In this document: positions 1-7,051 of the stretch, in pieces
How the letters are laid out: each line of letters opens with the position of its first letter
Numbering within the stretch: the first letter of the stretch is position 1
Assembly: GCA_023248415.1 (NCBI GenBank)
Contig: JAHFEP010000002.1
Coordinates: forward strand, 1 to 33,078
Source: Nitrospirota bacterium
Lineage (GTDB): Bacteria; Nitrospirota; CAKKRA01; 9FT-COMBO-42-15
Direction of reading: 5' to 3'
DNA: 33,078 nucleotides
Notes under the pieces: model-generated
Told to the model about the DNA's origin: nothing
What the model saw: the letters and a program-made list of their open reading frames with translations, nothing else
Databases searched by the model: none
Position numbers and translations under genes: made by a program

Positions 1-115
1 CTGCTGGTTTTGCCACAGTCTCACCCTCTGCCTTTGTTGTTGCCTTCTTTGCACAACCTGAAATTATTACCCCTGCTAAAATAGCAATGAGAATTACATA
101 AAACCCCTTTTTCAT
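1..115 (-). CDS. Lipoprotein, N-terminal part only (gene runs off the left edge)
   Basis: Not in the ORF track because it is too short within the window. Reverse-strand ATG at 115-113 is preceded by AAGGAGG (complement of ~125-131). Translation MKKGFYVILIAILAGVIISGCAKKATTKAEGETVAKPA shows a basic n-region, a hydrophobic core and lipobox I-S-G-C. Confidence 0.6.
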   Translation of the reverse strand, partial: MKKGFYVILIAILAGVIISGCAKKATTKAEGETVAKPA

Positions 116-224
116 TGTATTTGCCCTCCTTTTATTAGATTATTTTGATTTAAATTACATCCTTTATATAAACCACTTTAACCAATATTTCAACTGCAAA
201 ATGAAATTTTAATGAATTTAAATA

Positions 225-1730
225 TTAATCAAGCCATTTGTACAGGTTTTCTTTTATATATTTAATTGCATCGCTTTTGTTCTTTAATAATCCAGCGCCC
301 CTCTGCTCCTCAATATCCTTTAATATCCTGCCAATAACAGGCCCTGGCTGAACCTTGAATCTTTTAATCAGGTAACTGCCGGACATAAGGGGTCTTTTCT
401 TATGCTTTTTATATTCATTATAATAATAATCCAATATCTTTTTTACTACCTCAATTACTGTTTTATAGCTTACATCTGCTGAAGCTGAAATATCGGGCTG
501 CGTTGCCATTGCATCTGCGATTGAAAGCAAAAGCACATCAATGCCTGAATCGCCTGCATCACGAAAAAAGCGGTACATTGCCCGCCTTGTAATAAATCCC
601 CCCTTCCCCCCTTTATTAAAGGGGGGTGAGGGGGGATTATATAGCTGTGTAAGATACAATGGCCTCATGTGATTTTCTGTAATCCTGCGCACAATTTCCT
701 CAGATTTTGCGCTCATCTTAAGCCTTCTGCATATACCTTTATTTATCTCTGCGCCAACAATCCAGTGCTGATAAAAACTTATCTTATCGCCTTCTGTTTT
801 TATAGTTGAGGGCTTGCCAGTATCGTGCAGGAGCGCTGAGAATTTCAGAAGACTCAATCTGTCTATGCCCTGCTCTATCTCCAATCTTAGATGCCTTTTT
901 ATCCTCTCGTTATATTCAGGAAGATATAATTTGATATTTTTTATCACATCTTCAAGATACTCAACGGTCTTCAAAGAATGCATCCAGAGCTCATATACAT
1001 GATAACTACCCTGCTTAAGGCCTTTCATATCGTTTACCTCTGGAATGACGACATTCAAAAGCCCGTATTCCTCAAACATGGAAATATAATATGATGCCCT
1101 ATCATTTTTAAATATCTTAAACAGCTCGTCTCTTACACGTTCAGAAGAGACCGTCTCTAAAGAAGGGGCGAGGTTTTTAATGTATACAATAGTCTTATCC
1201 TCAATTTTAAAATCAAGGTCAGAGGCAAACCTTATTGCCCTCAACATCCTTAAAGGGTCATCAGAAAAGGCATTGGGTTTTATTAGCCTGATAATCTTTT
1301 CCTTTAAATCGCTTCTCCCATTGTAAGGATCTATAAGGCTGCCTGCCCCCAATCCCAAGCCTCCAGCCCCTATCTTTACTGCCATTGCATTTATTGTAAA
1401 ATCCCTGTTAGAAAGGTCTTCTAATATGTCCTTGCCTTTAAACATTGCAAAGTCAAATTGAAGGGTCTTTCTCCCCTCTTTTTTTACAACCCTTGCAACA
1501 CCTTCTTCTTCACTCATAACAAAAAAACTCCCGCCTGTTTTGTCGGCAATTTTTTTTGCAATTTTAATGGAATCTGATGATACTGCAATATCAATATCCC
1601 TTAAAGCCCGCTTTAGCAGGATATCCCTGACAGAGCCGCCGACAAGATAGATTTCCTTTAATTTTAAACGGGTTATGATAGACAAGTAATGCCGGAGAAT
1701 AGAAAGAGAGCCCATTATATAATCCCTCAA
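225..1730 (-). CDS. cca: CCA-adding enzyme / poly(A) polymerase-family tRNA nucleotidyltransferase with C-terminal HD domain
   Basis: N-terminal LVGGSVRDILL...DIDI nucleotidyltransferase motif, RDFTINA and PLRMLRAIRF motifs, HD-domain LLHDTGKP. True start may be the internal MGSLS (1715). Confidence 0.8.
   Translation of the reverse strand: MRDYIMGSLSILRHYLSIITRLKLKEIYLVGGSVRDILLKRALRDIDIAVSSDSIKIAKKIADKTGGSFFVMSEEEGVARVVKKEGRKTLQFDFAMFKGKDILEDLSNRDFTINAMAVKIGAGGLGLGAGSLIDPYNGRSDLKEKIIRLIKPNAFSDDPLRMLRAIRFASDLDFKIEDKTIVYIKNLAPSLETVSSERVRDELFKIFKNDRASYYISMFEEYGLLNVVIPEVNDMKGLKQGSYHVYELWMHSLKTVEYLEDVIKNIKLYLPEYNERIKRHLRLEIEQGIDRLSLLKFSALLHDTGKPSTIKTEGDKISFYQHWIVGAEINKGICRRLKMSAKSEEIVRRITENHMRPLYLTQLYNPPSPPFNKGGKGGFITRRAMYRFFRDAGDSGIDVLLLSIADAMATQPDISASADVSYKTVIEVVKKILDYYYNEYKKHKKRPLMSGSYLIKRFKVQPGPVIGRILKDIEEQRGAGLLKNKSDAIKYIKENLYKWLD
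593..640. repeat. Imperfect palindrome (C6-TT-C6 ... G6-TGA-G6) embedded in frame in cca
   Basis: Plus strand reads ATAAATCCCCCCTTCCCCCCTTTATTAAAGGGGGGTGAGGGGGGATTAT. The arms are reverse complements apart from two small indels. On the - strand it translates as NPPSPPFNKGGKGGF. Confidence 0.7.
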
Positions 1731-1921
1731 ATTTTAAGGCTATTATGCCTCTTATCCTCCTATTTTTCAAGGATATTTTCAATATTCGCCTCACTTGACA
1801 AATAAATATTTTATGATACCTTTAAATTATGCAGTTTTAAGTATCTAACTATAGATTTAAAAGAGCGGCTCACTGAATTATCAGTGGATTTTATTAACAA
1901 AAATTATAAGGAGGATGGGCT

Positions 1922-2428
1922 ATGAATAAGAAGGTGCTTTTGTTTGGGATTTGCATTGGATTAGTAGTTGGTCTTATGATTGGCTCTTTTGGAACAATTG
2001 CAGTAAATGCAGCAAACGGCTGGCTAACAGGCTCAGTGGAAGAAAAGTTAGATAAGTTAGCCTCAATTCAGCCAGGATACGGAATAATGATGCAGCAGAT
2101 TGGGCTAAGGTATAATGACTTGTATTTTTCAGCAAAGTCAGGCAACTGGGGATTTGCAGAGCATCAGGCAGATGAAATTCAGGTTATCCTGAAAGATATC
2201 CTCATGGTCACTAAGCCAAAACGAAATGAAGATGCAAAAAAATTCTTAGCAGCATCATATCCAATGATTTTGGATGCAATAAAGAAGGAAAAGTTCCCTG
2301 AATTTGAAAAGGCATTTGAAACCCTTCGCAACAATTGTATGAACTGCCATATCTCTCAGAAAGTTGAGTTTGTAAAATTAAAAAAACCAGTAATGTCCGC
2401 AAGCCCTGTATTAGCAGGAGTTAAGTAA
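1922..2428 (+). CDS. Membrane-anchored monohaem cytochrome c, class II (cytochrome c'/c556)-like
   Basis: N-terminal hydrophobic anchor. One CXXCH (CMNCH) near the C-terminus of a ~130-aa predicted helical domain, the architecture typical of class II cytochromes c. AGGAGG lies upstream of the ATG. Confidence 0.6.
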   Translation: MNKKVLLFGICIGLVVGLMIGSFGTIAVNAANGWLTGSVEEKLDKLASIQPGYGIMMQQIGLRYNDLYFSAKSGNWGFAEHQADEIQVILKDILMVTKPKRNEDAKKFLAASYPMILDAIKKEKFPEFEKAFETLRNNCMNCHISQKVEFVKLKKPVMSASPVLAGVK

Positions 2429-2433
2429 TAAAT

Positions 2434-2480
2434 CCCCTCACCCTACCTCTCCCCTTTGTGGAGAGGATAAAGGTGAGGGG
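2434..2480. repeat. Nested hairpin repeat (CCCCTCACC ... GGTGAGGGG with inner CCTCTCC/GGAGAGG)
   Basis: Outer 9-bp stem 2434-2442 pairs with 2472-2480; inner 7-bp stem 2446-2452 pairs with 2460-2466. It lies 6 nt after the cytochrome stop. It shares the CCCCTCACCCC core with the element inside cca. Confidence 0.7.
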
Positions 2481-2510
2481 AACACTTTATCAAATATTTT
2501 TTTTTAATCA

Positions 2511-3887
2511 ATGAAAAAGCTATTTTTTATACTAATTATAGTCTCCATAATATTGAACACTTCACTCTTGAGCTATTCAGATGAAAAAAAAGATAAAAAA
2601 GAGAAAGAAGAAAAACACGAAAAAGAGGAACATAAAAAGGGCTGGGAGGCAGTAGAAAAGAGATATAAGCATTTTGAAAATCCGCAGGTCTGCGGCGGCT
2701 GCCATCCTGAATTCTTTGAAGAATGGAAGGAATCCAAACACAGCAGGTCATTTACCAATAATATATTTCAAGGAATGTATAAATTATCCCTTTCCGATTT
2801 AAAGGGTAATGAAAATATAAAGGACGATATAAATAGATGCATCCTATGCCATTCTCCGAGCGCCTTTTTTGCAGGCGATATACCGCCGACACCCGATGAA
2901 GATAAATTAGCAGAAAGGGGTATAATGTGCGACTTCTGCCATACTGTAGAGGGCATTAAGGGCGCTCTACCGCATAATGGAAATTTTATAAATAACAACG
3001 GCCCTGATATTGACCCGAAGAGAGGGCCTTGGAAGGATGCGAAATCGCCGTATCACCAGACTATATATTCTGAGCTGCATACGAAATCAGAATTCTGCGG
3101 CACATGCCACAATCAGAAAAATTCCAATGGCGTATGGATTCAGGAGACATATAATGAATGGAAAAACAGCGAATGGGCAAAGGAAGGCTACCAGTGCCAG
3201 GACTGCCACATGATGGGAGAAGGAAAGTCTCATCCGATTATAAGCAAGGAATTCATGAAGGCAGATGCAAGACAGAAGACAGTCACTCACAGATTCCCCG
3301 GATTCGGCTCCAATGTAAAGATACCCGATGCGGTAATATTAAAGGTATCAGTAAATAAGCCTAAAGCCAAATTAGGCGAGGAGTTGATTATCAAGGTCAG
3401 TGTAACAAATAAAAAGGCGGGTCACAAATTCCCAAGCAGCTCGCCGAATTTAAGGCAGCTTTGGCTTGAGATAAATGCAATAGACAATAAAAAAAGGGCT
3501 CCCATCCTACTAAAGACAGATGAAGAAAAACCAGCCCCTTATGACATAACAAGCAATACACCAGCATATAAAGATATTGAAAGGGACGGCCTGCCTGAAG
3601 GAAACAGGATATATCACAGCGTATTTGTAGATAAGGGTAATCAGCATACTTACGCCTTCCATGATGCAGCAAAGATGGCTTTTGACAACAGGCTAAAACC
3701 AAAAGAGACAAGGATAGAAACCTATAAATGGAAGATACCAGAAGATACCCCTGTTGGCGAGGTTATAATATCAGCAAAGCTGAATTACAGGTCAATGCCG
3801 CAGTCTTTATCTGATTATATTGAGGCTGGCGAGATGCCGATTACAGAGGTTGCATATAATGAGGCATCAGTATTTGTAGCAAAATAA
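2511..3887 (+). CDS. Pentahaem c-type cytochrome with a haem-free C-terminal domain
   Basis: Signal peptide followed by a K/E-rich linker. Five CXXCH motifs: CGGCH, CILCH, CDFCH, CGTCH, CQDCH. The last ~200 aa have no haem motifs. Confidence 0.8.
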   Translation: MKKLFFILIIVSIILNTSLLSYSDEKKDKKEKEEKHEKEEHKKGWEAVEKRYKHFENPQVCGGCHPEFFEEWKESKHSRSFTNNIFQGMYKLSLSDLKGNENIKDDINRCILCHSPSAFFAGDIPPTPDEDKLAERGIMCDFCHTVEGIKGALPHNGNFINNNGPDIDPKRGPWKDAKSPYHQTIYSELHTKSEFCGTCHNQKNSNGVWIQETYNEWKNSEWAKEGYQCQDCHMMGEGKSHPIISKEFMKADARQKTVTHRFPGFGSNVKIPDAVILKVSVNKPKAKLGEELIIKVSVTNKKAGHKFPSSSPNLRQLWLEINAIDNKKRAPILLKTDEEKPAPYDITSNTPAYKDIERDGLPEGNRIYHSVFVDKGNQHTYAFHDAAKMAFDNRLKPKETRIETYKWKIPEDTPVGEVIISAKLNYRSMPQSLSDYIEAGEMPITEVAYNEASVFVAK

Positions 3888-3900
3888 AGCGCCTCTGTCT

Positions 3901-3987
3901 GTCATTCCCACGAAAGTGGGAATCCAGTTTTTCGTTTTCTGAATTCCTGCTGGAGTTTACCCCTGCGAAGGCAGGGACAGGAATGAC
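3901..3987. repeat. Composite REP/BIME-like palindromic element (GTCATTCC ... GGAATGAC)
   Basis: Hairpin GTCATTCCCACGAAAGTGGGAATCC (3901-3925) plus CCTGCGAAGGCAGG hairpin, ending GGAATGAC. The first 25 nt are the exact reverse complement of 13586-13610. Confidence 0.75.
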
Positions 3988-4034
3988 AAAATAAATAAGA
4001 AGAAGCCTCTCTTTAGGCAGAAAGGACAAAGGTA

Positions 4035-4619
4035 GTGGGAAGACAATACTTTATTAAAAAAGGGTTCCAGTCAAAATTTATCATTAAATTCTGTCTTATT
4101 GTCATCTTGGGTGCAATAATCTCTGGAATTATCCTCTATGCCTCTACAAATCAAAGATTGGGCAATACCTATCTTGAATCATTAAATACCATAAAGGTGC
4201 TTAATGATAATCTTATAAGTAATCTTATATATACAAGCTTGGCTACAGTTATCTTCATCAGCATTGTAACAATTATTATAACCCTTTTCGCCTCACATAA
4301 GATTGCAGGACCCCTCTTCCGCCTTGAAAAGAACACTGAAATAATAGGCAATGGCGATTTAACCCTTGAGACAAGGCTAAGAAAGAATGATGAGATAACC
4401 GGTGTTGCATCAGCATTAAATGAGATGGCAGGAAAACTGCGCAGCAAAATGATAGACATAAGAACAGACCTTGAAGAGGTTAAAAAGGGCAGCGCTGATA
4501 TAGAATCAGCGATTAAGGATAAGAGGCTTTCTGAAAAAGAACTTAAAAAACAGATAACAAGGCTTTCAAATAGAATAAAAAGTTTAAACAGGGCAATATC
4601 AAAATTTACAGTTTCATAA
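4035..4619 (+). CDS. HAMP-domain membrane protein without recognisable output domain
   Basis: GTG start. N-terminal YFIKKGFQSKFI motif, two TM helices separated by ~26 aa, HAMP (SHKIAGPLFRLEKNTEIIGNGDLTLE...NEMAGKL), then a coiled-coil tail. Paralogue of 5505-6113. Confidence 0.75.
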   Translation: MGRQYFIKKGFQSKFIIKFCLIVILGAIISGIILYASTNQRLGNTYLESLNTIKVLNDNLISNLIYTSLATVIFISIVTIIITLFASHKIAGPLFRLEKNTEIIGNGDLTLETRLRKNDEITGVASALNEMAGKLRSKMIDIRTDLEEVKKGSADIESAIKDKRLSEKELKKQITRLSNRIKSLNRAISKFTVS

Positions 4620-4638
4620 TGCTGAGCTTGGCGAATGT

Positions 4639-5496
4639 ATGAAAAATAAATTATTTTTTATTATACTATCTATCCTAATTATAACCTTTTCAACAATTGC
4701 GTATACTGTCATAAATGATGTCCCGCATAATTACCGCCTTGATGAATGTCTCCAATGCCATATATCTATACCTGATGAAACAAAAAAAATAGATAAGCCC
4801 ATGAGATTTATAGATAATATAAACAAGCTCTGCCAGCGCTGCCACACAGAAGATATACAACTCTCTCATCCGGTGGGAGTCAAACCATCTATGTCTATAC
4901 CTGCAGACATGCCCCTTAATGAAATGGGAGAGGTCACTTGCGCCACATGCCACAATATACATCAGAAAAGAGATGATATATTAGGTGATAAGTCATATCT
5001 GTTGAGAAGAAATGTAATGGGAAAGGCATTTTGTATGGCATGTCACGGAAAAGATGAGGCTAAAAAAAATGTTGAGACCTTTTCACTCGGCATGAGGAAG
5101 GTCACAAAGCCTTCTCACAGGGAATTTTTGTCTGAGGCGCACGGATTTAAGAAATACAGGATTATTGACTCATCCTCTCCAATAGACAGCATTTCAATAG
5201 AATGTTTAGGGTGCCATGACGGAACAATAGGCGCTGATACACAGGTTACAATTGGCGCAGGTATCTGGCAGCATTCGGAGGCAAATGCAAGCAGCCACCC
5301 AATAGGGATAGACTATACCGCCGCACAGCTAAATAACAGAACATTAAGACCAATGGAGCAGTTAAATAAGGCGATAAAATTCTTTAATGGCAAGATTGGA
5401 TGCGGGTCTTGCCATAACCCGTATTCTAATGTAAGCACACAGCTTGTTATGAGCAATAAAGGGAGCGCCTTATGCCTTGAATGTCATAAGAAATAG
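4639..5496 (+). CDS. Heptahaem c-type cytochrome
   Basis: Signal anchor. Seven CXXCH motifs: CLQCH, CQRCH, CATCH, CMACH, CLGCH, CGSCH, CLECH. Confidence 0.8.
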   Translation: MKNKLFFIILSILIITFSTIAYTVINDVPHNYRLDECLQCHISIPDETKKIDKPMRFIDNINKLCQRCHTEDIQLSHPVGVKPSMSIPADMPLNEMGEVTCATCHNIHQKRDDILGDKSYLLRRNVMGKAFCMACHGKDEAKKNVETFSLGMRKVTKPSHREFLSEAHGFKKYRIIDSSSPIDSISIECLGCHDGTIGADTQVTIGAGIWQHSEANASSHPIGIDYTAAQLNNRTLRPMEQLNKAIKFFNGKIGCGSCHNPYSNVSTQLVMSNKGSALCLECHKK

Positions 5497-5504
5497 GAGG
5501 TAAG

Positions 5505-6113
5505 ATGGAGAAGCCAAAAGCAGAAACAAAGTTCAGAAGAAGAAACTTTTTTATAAAAAAGGGTTTTCAGGCAAAATTCATCCTGCGATTTATTTTAATT
5601 ATATTCTTAGGGATAGTGGTTTCAAGCGGTATTGTATACTATTTGACCTCAAAAAGGATAGAAGAGGTTTATTACCGCTCCCACATTAAGATTGCATCAA
5701 CAGGTGAGATAATATACCCCATTTTGCTTACTGCAAACATAATTACACTCGGCATAATAATAGTTGTCACCATTATAATAACCTTGCTAATATCGCATAA
5801 AATAGCAGGCCCGCTTTACAGGATAGAAAAGAGCATCCATGAAATAGGCGAAGGCAACCTTGCTTTTAAGATATATCTCAGGGCAAAGGATGAGCTTATA
5901 ACACTTGCTGAGATATTTAACAACATGATTACAAAACTGCGGGGTAGGATTGAGAGGATACAGGATGCTGCTAATTATATGGACAGCACAATCAATCAAT
6001 GGACAGTTATCAAAAAAATGGACAAAAAGGCATTATCAAAGGATATAACAGCCATCCAAAAGAAAGCTAATGAGATTGAAAAGGTAATTGCAACATTTAA
6101 GCTGGAGAAATAG
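5505..6113 (+). CDS. HAMP-domain membrane protein without recognisable output domain (paralogue of 4035-4619)
   Basis: AGGAGG 8 nt upstream. NFFIKKGFQAKFI motif, two TM helices, SHKIAGPLYRIEKSIHEIGEGNL HAMP, coiled-coil tail. Confidence 0.75.
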   Translation: MEKPKAETKFRRRNFFIKKGFQAKFILRFILIIFLGIVVSSGIVYYLTSKRIEEVYYRSHIKIASTGEIIYPILLTANIITLGIIIVVTIIITLLISHKIAGPLYRIEKSIHEIGEGNLAFKIYLRAKDELITLAEIFNNMITKLRGRIERIQDAANYMDSTINQWTVIKKMDKKALSKDITAIQKKANEIEKVIATFKLEK

Positions 6114-6121
6114 GCTCGGTT

Positions 6122-6958
6122 TTATTTTGCCGCTGGTTTATTATTGTTTGTCAAACCGAGGTCATTGACAACTTCTTTGATTATACTTGCATCAATCCTC
6201 AGTTTCTTTCTTAAAAATCCCTCTAACAAGGAGTTGTCGCATATAGTATTTATAAGCCTTGGTATGCCGTGGGAATAATTATGGATAGCCTCTAAAGCAT
6301 CCTTTGTAAAAAGCTCGCTGCTGCTGCCAGCTATTTTTAGCCTAAATTTTATATATTCCTCTGTAGTGCTCTCTTCAAATGACAGGAGCTTGTATCTCAT
6401 TGCTATCCTCTGCTTTAACGGCTCATCAAGAGAAAGGCATGCGTCCAGCTCTGGCATCCCAAAGAGCACAAAGGTTATTAATTTATTCCCGTCTGTCTCA
6501 ATATTCAGAATCCCCCTGAACTCCTCCATAAGCTCCTTTGTTTGAAGCATCTGGGCCTCATCTATCAGCACTACTGCCTTTTTCCCTTCTTCATGAATCT
6601 CTATCAAACGCTTGCAAAGCGTGCTGAGCAGTTCTGTCTTCTCATCAGGCAGATCTTCTACGCCAAGCTGTGTAATTATCTTTTTCAGCAGCCATTCAGG
6701 GGTAATGTTTGAATGTATAATGACAAGGAGCGCTGATTCATATTCCTTTTCACTCAATTCATCAAGCATCCTTCTTGCAAGGGTTGTCTTGCCTGTTCCA
6801 ATGCTGCCAACCAATATTGCAAGGCCCTTCATTGTATTTATTGCATGTTTCAGTCTTAACAGCGCCTCTGAATGCTGGGCGCTGTTATAATAAAACTTTG
6901 TATCAACAGTATTTGTAAAAGGCTGCTCTTTTAGTTTATAAAATTCAAGATAACTCAT
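6122..6958 (-). CDS. ExeA/MshM-like AAA+ ATPase
   Basis: Walker A GSIGTGKTT and Walker B VVLIDEAQ. Overall length and layout match the ExeA (GspA) / MshM family. Confidence 0.8.
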   Translation of the reverse strand: MSYLEFYKLKEQPFTNTVDTKFYYNSAQHSEALLRLKHAINTMKGLAILVGSIGTGKTTLARRMLDELSEKEYESALLVIIHSNITPEWLLKKIITQLGVEDLPDEKTELLSTLCKRLIEIHEEGKKAVVLIDEAQMLQTKELMEEFRGILNIETDGNKLITFVLFGMPELDACLSLDEPLKQRIAMRYKLLSFEESTTEEYIKFRLKIAGSSSELFTKDALEAIHNYSHGIPRLINTICDNSLLEGFLRKKLRIDASIIKEVVNDLGLTNNNKPAAK

Positions 6959-6970
6959 GCTTATAACCTC

Positions 6971-7050
6971 TTGCCCTATAGCCTATAGCCTATGGCCTTA
7001 TGACCTTTTGCCCTTTGCCTTTTGCCCTTAGCCCTTTGCCCTTTGCCTTA
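6971..7050. repeat. Low-complexity direct repeats (CCTATAG/CCTATGG units then CCTTTGCC(C) units)
   Basis: TTGCCCTATAGCCTATAGCCTATGGCCTTATGACCTTTTGCCCTTTGCCTTTTGCCCTTAGCCCTTTGCCCTTTGCCTTA fills the whole spacer between the TPR gene stop and the ATPase start. Confidence 0.6.
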
Positions 7051-7051
7051 A

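Noticed and set aside
1795-1800. TTGACA as the -35 box of a promoter for the cytochrome cluster
   Set aside because: No acceptable -10 hexamer lies at 16-18 nt spacing; TATGAT lies only 11 nt downstream.
3841-4029. Track ORFs 3841-4029 (-), 13428-13649 (+) and 13447-13635 (+) as small proteins
   Set aside because: They are translations of the REP/BIME-like palindromes (SHFRGNDRQ, VIPAKAGI, LSLSKD). They have no RBS and lie in intergenic positions.
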